Virus record (IMG/VR): IMGVR_UViG_3300031994_000001
Location: 247,799 to 311,798 of that record
DNA from: a virus
Lineage: Duplodnaviria; Heunggongvirae; Uroviricota; Caudoviricetes
DNA: 64,000 nt
Direction: 5' to 3' (one strand)
Shown here: positions 47,252-55,288 of the stretch, piece by piece
How the letters are laid out: every line of letters begins with the position of its first letter
Position numbering within the stretch: position 1 is the stretch's first letter
Notes under the pieces: generated by a model
Seen by the model: only the letters and a program-made list of their open reading frames with translations
What the model was told of the DNA's origin: nothing
Databases searched by the model: none
Program-made: the position numbers and the translations under genes

Positions 47252-48442
47252 ATGTTACAGCACATTTTAGACACGGACTTATACAAGTTCAGCACGAGTT
47301 ACGCCTATTTCAAACTCTATCCGAATGCGGAAGGCACTTTCGAGTTCAAAGACCGCAACAAGGAACTGTGGAACGACCAAAAGGACTTGTTCCTCGAAGA
47401 GTTTGGAAAAGCGTTGAAAAACGCCGAGTTATGCACCTTGGGAAAGGCTGCAAAGAATTGGTGCATCAAGAACATCCCCTACATCCCACGCACCTATTGG
47501 GAATGGCTCACCACGTTCAAATTCGACAAGAACAAGGTCGAATACTACTTCGACACCGAGGGTGTGTTCCATTGCACGGTGACGGACAAACTCTACAAGG
47601 TCACGTTCTACGAGATTCTGATTCTCTCAACATTCTCCGAAATCAGAAACAAAATCTTCGAGTACCATTTCGGCTGCGTCCCGAAGCAGGAGGACATTAT
47701 CGCACGAATCAACGAGAAAATCAACTACGCCAACAAGAACGGCATTGTGTTCAGCGAGTTCGGCACACGCAGAAGATACAGCAGCGATGTGCAGGAAATC
47801 ATCATCAGCGAACTGTGCGAAAATTCCAAGACCTGCGCAGGCACTTCAAATGTGTTCTTCGCTATGAAATACGGTATGAAGCCTATCGGCACATTCCCGC
47901 ACGAATGGGTTATGTTCCACGGCGCAATCTTCGGCTACAAGCGTGCCAACTATTTGAGTTTGGAGGATTGGATTGACGTGTACCAAGGAGACCTCGGCAC
48001 GGCACTCATTGACACCTACACGACCGATTCGTTCCTCAATACGCTCACCAAGAAGCAGGCTCACCTGCTGTCGGGATTCAGACAAGACAGCGGCGATGAG
48101 TTTGAGGTCGGCGATAAAATCCTGCAACGGGTGAAGTCATTCGGCATTGACCCGAAGTCGAAACTCATTGTATTCAGCAATGCGCTTGATTTCCCGAAGG
48201 CTAAACTCGTCAACGACCACTTCAAAGACAAGTGCAAAGTCAGTTTCGGCATCGGAACTAACCTCACAAACGACACTGGTGTTCCGTGGAATCCCGCCAA
48301 TATCGTTATGAAACTCTTGAAATGCCGCCTTGACGAAAACAGCGAATGGGAGGATTGCATCAAAATCAGCGATGACAAGGGCAAATTTATCGGCAACCAA
48401 GAGGAAGTCGAAATCGCAAGAAAGCAACTCAAACTGAAATAG
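47252..48442 (+). CDS. pncB: Nicotinate phosphoribosyltransferase
   Basis: LDTDLYK, EFGTRRR, GTSNV, GT.PHEW, RQDSGD, FGIGTNLTND, KISDD.GK. Confidence 0.93.
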   Translation: MLQHILDTDLYKFSTSYAYFKLYPNAEGTFEFKDRNKELWNDQKDLFLEEFGKALKNAELCTLGKAAKNWCIKNIPYIPRTYWEWLTTFKFDKNKVEYYFDTEGVFHCTVTDKLYKVTFYEILILSTFSEIRNKIFEYHFGCVPKQEDIIARINEKINYANKNGIVFSEFGTRRRYSSDVQEIIISELCENSKTCAGTSNVFFAMKYGMKPIGTFPHEWVMFHGAIFGYKRANYLSLEDWIDVYQGDLGTALIDTYTTDSFLNTLTKKQAHLLSGFRQDSGDEFEVGDKILQRVKSFGIDPKSKLIVFSNALDFPKAKLVNDHFKDKCKVSFGIGTNLTNDTGVPWNPANIVMKLLKCRLDENSEWEDCIKISDDKGKFIGNQEEVEIARKQLKLK

Positions 48443-48443
48443 T

Positions 48444-48635
48444 ATGAAACTGCGCGATATAGACGACAGAATTTGGTGGAGACACATACGCCTTGACAGT
48501 ATCAACAAGCGCAGGAGACTAAAACTCCTGCGCACGGGCAAGGGTACTGACGAGCAACTGCAACTCGCCGCCGTCTGCATCAAGTTAGACAATTCACTTA
48601 TGAAATATGCAACAAAACAAATCAAATCAAAGTAA
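48444..48635 (+). CDS. Small basic hypothetical protein
   Basis: 63 aa, tightly packed in operon. Confidence 0.6.
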   Translation: MKLRDIDDRIWWRHIRLDSINKRRRLKLLRTGKGTDEQLQLAAVCIKLDNSLMKYATKQIKSK

Positions 48636-48636
48636 T

Positions 48637-49152
48637 ATGAAAAACTGCGAATGTTACGACAAAAACGGTAACTTCCTCGGTTGGTTCAGCAGGTCTGTCG
48701 CCGTGGTAGCGATTACCGTTCTCAAAGAAAACGACAAAATCTATGTTCTCGCCTCGCAGAGAGGAACGGGTACACCCGACAAGGAACTTATCGGCAAATG
48801 GAATCTCACCTGCGGATACCTTGACTTCAACGAAACGGGTATGGAAGCCGTAGCCCGCGAAACCTTTGAGGAAACGGGTGTTGACATCAAGAACGAAATC
48901 ACGAAACTTCTGTTCGTCAACACAGACCCGAACAGAGACAAACGTCAAAACGTCACACTCCGCTACGGTGTACTGCTGAAAGGCAGAAAAGAGTTCTACG
49001 AGAAACAGTTCTCGCACGAACACAACGAGACCGATGAGGTCGGTGAAATCCGTTTCATTGACATCAACGACCTTGACAAATACGATTGGGCGTTCAACCA
49101 CAACGAAATCCTGCGTAGTATGTTGGACACCATTCTCAAATTTGACGAATAA
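48637..49152 (+). CDS. Nudix hydrolase (ADP-ribose pyrophosphatase-like)
   Basis: Nudix box GYLDFNETGMEAVARETFEETGV; WAFNH. Confidence 0.85.
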   Translation: MKNCECYDKNGNFLGWFSRSVAVVAITVLKENDKIYVLASQRGTGTPDKELIGKWNLTCGYLDFNETGMEAVARETFEETGVDIKNEITKLLFVNTDPNRDKRQNVTLRYGVLLKGRKEFYEKQFSHEHNETDEVGEIRFIDINDLDKYDWAFNHNEILRSMLDTILKFDE

Positions 49153-49169
49153 CATCAAAAACAAAAGTT

Positions 49170-49772
49170 ATGGTTGACAATTTTGAAAGACTGAACAGTC
49201 TGCTCACATTTGAAAGTGAGGACGACTTCTATATGCTTCAAATTATGAAGCGCAGAAAGGAGAATCCCGAAATGGACAAAAACTCAATCGCCATCAAAAC
49301 GGTGTATCTCCACAGAAAAGACCAACTGCTTGACTTGAAGGAGGATTTGATTTTCCTCGCCAACAGAGACAACGCGAGAATCTATCTTAATCCGAACCGC
49401 AAGTCATTCAAGAACTGCACGCTCGCCTCCCTCAAAGAGTTTGCCGACAGAATCGCAAAAGAGGACTACTACAAGCCGTACAAGATTTTCGATTCCGTTG
49501 CAGGCTCGGCAGGCTCGAAGAAAGCCGTTTGGGTCATTGACCTTGATTGGGACGAAATCGGCGACTGCGACCGTCTGAAATTCGTTACCGAAATGTGCGA
49601 CTTCGTGAACTCGCTGCAACCGATTGACGTTGCCGAAAAGGTACTCCTCGTAAACGAGACCAAGAACGGCACTCACATTCTCACCACCTCGTTCAACAAG
49701 CAGGCATTCGGCGACAAATACCCCAAAATCCAAGTACACAAGAACAATCCTACATTAGTTTACTGCAAATAA
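49170..49772 (+). CDS. Hypothetical protein, possible AEP-fold (VIDLD, TKNGTH, H motifs)
   Basis: hhDhD and xxGxH motifs in AEP-like order. Confidence 0.4.
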   Translation: MVDNFERLNSLLTFESEDDFYMLQIMKRRKENPEMDKNSIAIKTVYLHRKDQLLDLKEDLIFLANRDNARIYLNPNRKSFKNCTLASLKEFADRIAKEDYYKPYKIFDSVAGSAGSKKAVWVIDLDWDEIGDCDRLKFVTEMCDFVNSLQPIDVAEKVLLVNETKNGTHILTTSFNKQAFGDKYPKIQVHKNNPTLVYCK

Positions 49773-49773
49773 T

Positions 49774-51198
49774 ATGAGTTACTTATTCACTTCGGAATCC
49801 GTATCAGAAGGGCATCCCGACAAAATGTGCGACCAAATATCGGACGCTTTATTGGATGCTTATCTAACCCAAGACCCCGATTCAAGGGTCGCTTGCGAAA
49901 CGCTCGTCACACGCGGTCTTGTTGTGTGCGCGGGAGAAGTAAGCAACAATGAACTCGAACCCATACACATTGACGATATAGTCAGAAACACCATTGCTGA
50001 AATCGGCTACACGAAAAGCGAGTATGAGTTCGACAGCAAATCCTGCGGCGTAATCACAGCAATACACCAACAGTCTCCCGACATCGCACGCGGTGTCGTT
50101 GGACGCATATGCACCGAATTGCAAGGCGCAGGAGACCAAGGCATTATGTTCGGATATGCTTGCAATGAGACGGAAAACTATATGCCTATCACGTTGGAAC
50201 TCGCCAATATGCTTATGCGTGAATTGGCTGCAATCCGAAAGGAAGGCAAGGAAATGACCTACCTGCGACCCGATTCAAAAGCGCAGGTGACAGTAATGTA
50301 TTCCGATGACGGAAAGCCGCTGTGTATAAACACCATTGTTCTGTCAACGCAGCACGACCCATTCAGCGATGGTGACAACGCTATGCAGGAACAAATTGAG
50401 AACGATGTACGCGAAATACTGATACCGAGAGTTGTCAGCAAACTCCCCGAAAAGTCACAGAAACTGTTTGACGAAGATTTCAAACTGTTAGTGAATCCAA
50501 CGGGGAGGTTTGTCCTTGGCGGGCCGAGCGGGGACACGGGACTCACGGGTCGCAAGATAATCGTTGACACCTACGGCGGACACGGTGCGCACGGGGGCGG
50601 CGCGTTCAGCGGAAAAGACCCGTCAAAGGTTGACCGTTCCGCAGCATACGCGGCACGCTATATCGCCAAGAATATCGTTGCGGCAGGACTGTGTGACCGC
50701 TGCCTTGTGCAAATTGCATACGCAATTGGATGTACGTACCCAGTCGGTTTCTATATCAACACATTCGGCACTCTGAAATTTAAAATGAGTGACGGAGAGT
50801 TCGCCAAAAGAATACGGGAATTGGTACATTTGAGACCATATGACATCATTGAGAAATTCCAACTCAAAAACCCGATTTACAAAGCGACTGCCACATACGG
50901 ACACTTCGGCAGGACACCGTATAAAAAAACCGTTGAGGTTCACTATCGTGACAAGTTCACATACAAAGACCCGAAAAGCGGAAAGTATGTCAAGGAAATA
51001 ACGTTCTTCCCGTGGGAGGAACTTGACCTAATCCCCGAACTGCAAAAGGTGTTCTGCTGTGACAACTGCGAAAAGTTCAAAGTTGTAGTTCCAGACAGTG
51101 CAAAGGATATACATATACGCCACTGCTCCGAACTGCGAATCAATCTATGTGAAAGGACAAAACCCTGCAAATACTTCAAGATAAAAGATGTGTTTTAA
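49774..51198 (+). CDS. metK: S-adenosylmethionine synthetase with Cys-rich C-terminal extension
   Basis: FTSESVSEGHPDK, GAGDQG, DTGLTGRKIIVDTYGG, GGGAFSGKD. Confidence 0.95.
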   Translation: MSYLFTSESVSEGHPDKMCDQISDALLDAYLTQDPDSRVACETLVTRGLVVCAGEVSNNELEPIHIDDIVRNTIAEIGYTKSEYEFDSKSCGVITAIHQQSPDIARGVVGRICTELQGAGDQGIMFGYACNETENYMPITLELANMLMRELAAIRKEGKEMTYLRPDSKAQVTVMYSDDGKPLCINTIVLSTQHDPFSDGDNAMQEQIENDVREILIPRVVSKLPEKSQKLFDEDFKLLVNPTGRFVLGGPSGDTGLTGRKIIVDTYGGHGAHGGGAFSGKDPSKVDRSAAYAARYIAKNIVAAGLCDRCLVQIAYAIGCTYPVGFYINTFGTLKFKMSDGEFAKRIRELVHLRPYDIIEKFQLKNPIYKATATYGHFGRTPYKKTVEVHYRDKFTYKDPKSGKYVKEITFFPWEELDLIPELQKVFCCDNCEKFKVVVPDSAKDIHIRHCSELRINLCERTKPCKYFKIKDVF

Positions 51199-51227
51199 CG
51201 CATCGATTGTTTTTCCATAATAATGCG

Positions 51228-51315
51228 AAAGCCGTGCCAAAAGCACGGCTTTTTTAGTCTCATATATAAGTTATACATAACAAAAGCAAAGGGAGCGTTA
51301 AAAAACGCCCCCTTT
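51228..51315. terminator. Two hairpin terminators between convergent metK and helicase
   Basis: AAAGCCGTGC-CAAAA-GCACGGCTTTTTT and AAAGGGAGCGTT...AACGCCCCCTTT. Confidence 0.7.
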
Positions 51316-51330
51316 GCACTACGTTCAACT

Positions 51331-52551
51331 TTACCAAAGGTTGTGTTCAACCTCGTTCATATTTTCCTCCGTATTCGGTCTTATACCCGCGTTAGGTCGG
51401 AGATGCCTCATACCCAACCTTGAATCCACATCGGCAAGTTCAATAGCCTCATCGGAGTTCTCTCGGTATATTCTGAATGCGTCCTTTATGCGCATTTTCT
51501 TGTACTCAATATCCATTTCCATTTTCGTATTCTTGCCTTCGCCGTCCCTTATCTTCAGAATCTTCAACAGATATTTGTCGTTGGTACGCATATCGGAGTT
51601 CTGTATGATACCGAACATTGTGTCGCAGGTGTGCAGCAAGCCCGAAGATTCGGCAATATTGCCTATTGTTATGTCATCGCTGTCAAACGCGCCTCTGTTG
51701 GTCTGTGTGGCTGTCACGATAAGGCATTCCTGCCGCACGGCGATTGCACGCAAATCCTCTGAAATCTGCTTTATCTTGTTATACAAATCCTCGGAGTTGA
51801 GATTTCGGTAGTTCGCCATAATATTGATATAGTCAATCACCACCACGTCAACCTTGAACCCAAGGACTTCTTGGATTGTCTTGATATAGTTTTCAACATC
51901 AATGGTCGTACAGCAGGAAGTAGGGTATTCCTTGATAAACAGCCTGCCCATAGGGATATGCTGATTCCTGCGAGCCTCCGCCAACCGCTCGCCTATGAAA
52001 TTGGCATCCTTTGAAAGTTTGTCGTATTCGTCAATGCTTATGTCAAGCAGGTTAGCACCCATACGCTTGATTACCTTCTTGGCACTCATCTCGCAAGTTA
52101 TGAACAGCACGTTCTTTCCGTTCCTAACGAAGTTCACAGCATCATTACAAAGGAATATACTGTTGTGGCAGAGGAATCCGTTTACATAGTATCTGTGTTC
52201 GTCAGTACCGACTTCAATGTCATACATATTTTCGCATTCACCCGTCTGTTCAACATCAACAACAAGTTCAACACCGTCCTCCGTCTGTATATGGTCGGGG
52301 CGACTGTCTTTGTTGAGGTCTTTGGCAAACACCTCATCGTATTCAGTATCGAAGAAAATATGCGTGTCAGCGCAGCGTATGCTCTTGCCTCTGTCGGTCT
52401 TTACATTGTAAACATCGTATGGTACTGTCTTTCCTATCGCTTTGATTGGAGCATATCCTTTGTCAGTAAGCACTTCCCAATCCTCAAGGTCAAAAACTTT
52501 TTCAAATTTCTTTTCATTCATATTAGTCGTATTGCTATTGTGATAGTTCAT
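51331..52551 (-). CDS. Split intein C-fragment fused to C-terminal half of gp41/DnaB-like replicative helicase (start 52551 or 52521)
   Basis: Intein CADTH (block B), MYDIEV (F), YYVNGFLCHN|S (G); then VLFITCEMS, VVIDY, TATQTNR, AES, K.RDG helicase motifs; Walker A GK absent. Confidence 0.9.
   Translation of the reverse strand: MNYHNSNTTNMNEKKFEKVFDLEDWEVLTDKGYAPIKAIGKTVPYDVYNVKTDRGKSIRCADTHIFFDTEYDEVFAKDLNKDSRPDHIQTEDGVELVVDVEQTGECENMYDIEVGTDEHRYYVNGFLCHNSIFLCNDAVNFVRNGKNVLFITCEMSAKKVIKRMGANLLDISIDEYDKLSKDANFIGERLAEARRNQHIPMGRLFIKEYPTSCCTTIDVENYIKTIQEVLGFKVDVVVIDYINIMANYRNLNSEDLYNKIKQISEDLRAIAVRQECLIVTATQTNRGAFDSDDITIGNIAESSGLLHTCDTMFGIIQNSDMRTNDKYLLKILKIRDGEGKNTKMEMDIEYKKMRIKDAFRIYRENSDEAIELADVDSRLGMRHLRPNAGIRPNTEENMNEVEHNLW
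52162..52521 (-). other. Atypically split intein C-fragment (~120 aa)
   Basis: No block A/Cys1 in this ORF; contains blocks B, F, G; ends His-Asn before Ser+1 at 52159-52161. Confidence 0.85.
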
Positions 52552-52581
52552 TTTTATAAATATAATAAATTTTGGAAAAAA

Positions 52582-52701
52582 ATGTTTGCCGAAGACGAAT
52601 ATGGTGAATGCAGCGAGTGCGAGTGCGGCGGTTGCCCGTACTATCCGAACTGCGATGGTTGCCCCGTAAGAACGGCAAGCGATTCAGATTCAAACAACTA
52701 A
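52582..52701 (+). CDS. Tiny Cys-rich acidic peptide (39 aa)
   Basis: MFAEDEYGECSECECGGCPYYPNCDGCPVR... Confidence 0.45.
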   Translation: MFAEDEYGECSECECGGCPYYPNCDGCPVRTASDSDSNN

Positions 52702-52712
52702 AACCGAACAAT

Positions 52713-53279
52713 ATGTCAAAAAAACTGAAAGCGTACAAACTGAAAGACACCCTTCCGTACAACTTGAAAAACGAGAAGGCTTTAAGTAACTATGTATCAG
52801 AACTTGCAGACAATATGTCTGCGTGCAAGGACAAATTCATAGCCCTTGCCATATCAGTACCGAATGACATCTGCCCCAAAACAACAAACGACCCGATTTC
52901 CTATGTCGCTAATATGGCAGACACATACCTCAACAATTTCAACTCGAACATAGACTGCTATTCCCAATGTGTCATAATCAACGAATGCACTACACGGGAA
53001 TACACACCCACAAACATTGAATTTGTCGTATCAAGCGAAATCGAAACATACAAAGAGGCTGAAAAGGCATTGGCTGAACTTGTTATGCGTGAAAGCGACA
53101 CGATAAACAAACTGAAGGCTCTGTTCTATGCCACGCCCAACACCATAGTCGGCGGCAACATAAGCCCGTTTGAATACGTCATAGGAAAAACGGCAGAATA
53201 TTTTGACGAACTGCTTGACATCCACGAGCAGATAACCTCCATATCGCTTCTTGTTGACAACCTATGCCTGCAAGAATAA
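52713..53279 (+). CDS. Hypothetical protein (start ATG 52713)
   Basis: Long ORF; looks like two internally similar halves. Confidence 0.7.
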   Translation: MSKKLKAYKLKDTLPYNLKNEKALSNYVSELADNMSACKDKFIALAISVPNDICPKTTNDPISYVANMADTYLNNFNSNIDCYSQCVIINECTTREYTPTNIEFVVSSEIETYKEAEKALAELVMRESDTINKLKALFYATPNTIVGGNISPFEYVIGKTAEYFDELLDIHEQITSISLLVDNLCLQE

Positions 53280-53310
53280 AAGAGAATAAAGGAGAATAAA
53301 GAAGAATAAA
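53273..53310 (+). repeat. 4 x AGAATAAA with 10-bp period
   Basis: Copies at 53273, 53283, 53293, 53303. Confidence 0.8.
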
Positions 53311-53318
53311 AGACAACA

Positions 53319-53861
53319 ATGAAAATCCTATCATTCGATGAGTTCAAGTCAATAAACGAATCAATCACCCTCAAAGCAATAGAAGAGGGTATGGTTGTCG
53401 TGTACTCCAAGAACGGCAAGGAGACCAACTACCAATATTGGATTTGCCTCACGGACAAAGAAAACATAAAGAAATATGTGGATTCCTTGAAATGGAACAA
53501 CGACATAACCGATGCCGACAGAAAGAGAATGAAAGGTATGTCGAAAATACTCGTTGCCCACTACAACGGAAGTTGCGACTACATAGAAATTGATGATGTT
53601 CTCATAAACAACATATCCTACATCTACAATCCGAAACTCAAACCGAAGGATATGCTTGACAAAAACACGCTCAAAGACCTGCGTGACGAATGTTCGGACA
53701 AGAATCTTGTTTACTCGAAAGACGTTGACTTGAAGAATATGGTGTTGAGCAAACCCGATGTTCCGTTTATGAACTACGGTCTGCGGCTAAACGACTATAT
53801 GGGCGTTTCAAGAGGCGAGATGACCTACGACTTGGGCGGCGTTTACGGAGTAAGATATTAA
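53319..53861 (+). CDS. Putative internal head protein (MKILSFDEFKSINES)
   Basis: Capsid-targeting-like N-terminus. Confidence 0.65.
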   Translation: MKILSFDEFKSINESITLKAIEEGMVVVYSKNGKETNYQYWICLTDKENIKKYVDSLKWNNDITDADRKRMKGMSKILVAHYNGSCDYIEIDDVLINNISYIYNPKLKPKDMLDKNTLKDLRDECSDKNLVYSKDVDLKNMVLSKPDVPFMNYGLRLNDYMGVSRGEMTYDLGGVYGVRY

Positions 53862-53918
53862 ATGTTATTCATTTGATTCAACCTTGAAATAGCATAAACT
53901 AACCAAAGAAAACAAAAT

Positions 53919-53947
53919 AAAAAGGCTCAATGATTTGAGCCTTTTTT
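53919..53947. terminator. Bidirectional terminator
   Basis: AAAAAGGCTCAA-TGAT-TTGAGCCTTTTT. Confidence 0.8.
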
Positions 53948-53959
53948 GTTGTTTGCTGA

Positions 53960-54211
53960 TTACGGGCGAAGCACAGTCAAACTTCCGTCAACACCAACCT
54001 CTTCAAGTCGAAGATTCGGATATTTCGTGCCGTCAATGTCTTTGCTGTGGTATTCATCATAGATAAGTTTCGCTTGATTGACGGTTTCCCTTGATATGCT
54101 GACCCTGCCTTCGCCATCATCATAAGAGACTTGGTAATAAACTCTGTTGCTCCAAAAACCGTCACTTCTTTTTACGGTTTCCATTTCGTCAATTTTCATT
54201 ATGTGTGTCAT
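53960..54211 (-). CDS. Putative internal head protein (MTHIMKIDEM)
   Basis: Shared N-terminal motif. Confidence 0.65.
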   Translation of the reverse strand: MTHIMKIDEMETVKRSDGFWSNRVYYQVSYDDGEGRVSISRETVNQAKLIYDEYHSKDIDGTKYPNLRLEEVGVDGSLTVLRP

Positions 54212-54229
54212 ATACAATACAATATTTTC

Positions 54230-54727
54230 TTATTTGACTTCACCCTTGAAGTCCTCCCATTTCAAATCGGAAGGCTTGAACACGTCCTGCCCGTATTTGA
54301 TTATCTTGTTTCCGTTCTCACCGATTGAGATGACATTCAAAGACATTTTGGAACTCTTGTCCTTATTAGCCTTGAATATACTCTCAAAAAACGGAGCAGC
54401 CTTTTCTTTTAAGTCATAATTGTTGAACGGAGTAACTGACTTATACTCGAAGCGAAGATTCAGATAATCGGATGCTTTCTCGTCATATACAAATGGCTCA
54501 AAATTGTCAAGGGCTGTTTTTGTAAGACTTTTAAGATAGTTCTCAATATCCTTTCCGAGTTTTTTTGTCAGATTCTCGGCGGATTTGTAATCGCCGTTAA
54601 GTTTGAACTTCATATAATCGGATTCAAGCCCAGGGCTGATAAAGATGTTCATAACAGTCTTTATGCTTTTGTCAAGTGCCTCGTTCACGGGATTGCCTTC
54701 AAACTCGTTAAATTTCAAAATGTTCAT
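54230..54727 (-). CDS. Putative internal head protein (MNILKFNEF...VNEA; start ATG 54727)
   Basis: Shared N-terminal motif; TATAAATA 54742-54749. Confidence 0.65.
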   Translation of the reverse strand: MNILKFNEFEGNPVNEALDKSIKTVMNIFISPGLESDYMKFKLNGDYKSAENLTKKLGKDIENYLKSLTKTALDNFEPFVYDEKASDYLNLRFEYKSVTPFNNYDLKEKAAPFFESIFKANKDKSSKMSLNVISIGENGNKIIKYGQDVFKPSDLKWEDFKGEVK

Positions 54728-54752
54728 AACAGTTATTTTATTATTTATACGG

Positions 54753-55286
54753 TTAGTCGTTATTCTCACCATTGAAAAAGGCGAATACCTCTTGTATCTG
54801 CTCATCACCCCAATTCTTTATGAATCCCTTTGAATCAATAGTAATGGCAAAATAATCACCATATCCGTTTTCGTCAATCTGAAGGAATTTAGGAACATAC
54901 TCGTACTTTTTAGTTTCAACAACCTTGTTACCTTTCAAAAGTGAATATACACCGCTGTCAACAACCTTGAAGTAAATCTCAACGGGTCTGTCATCCCAAC
55001 CCTTTATACATCCTTGTTTAATATCCAAGTCCCAAACAATTTCGGAATCACCGCCTTTGAACACGTCAACCGTCTTGCCAAATATGTATTCATTGGTCTC
55101 AAAAAGCGATTGTGATTCCTCACCTTCAAACTTGCACATATACGAACCCGAAGAAATTTCTATACGAACAGTGTCTCCGCTTTTGTCGCGCATATTCATT
55201 TGTTCAAGTCGTTCCTTTGTAACGGGCTGTATGTTAAGTCTCTCGTTACATTCTTCCATTTCGTCAATTCTCTTAATGTGTGTCAT
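54753..55286 (-). CDS. Putative internal head protein (MTHIKRIDEM...LNIQPVTKERL)
   Basis: Carries both shared N-terminal motifs. Confidence 0.65.
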   Translation of the reverse strand: MTHIKRIDEMEECNERLNIQPVTKERLEQMNMRDKSGDTVRIEISSGSYMCKFEGEESQSLFETNEYIFGKTVDVFKGGDSEIVWDLDIKQGCIKGWDDRPVEIYFKVVDSGVYSLLKGNKVVETKKYEYVPKFLQIDENGYGDYFAITIDSKGFIKNWGDEQIQEVFAFFNGENND

Positions 55287-55288
55287 AA

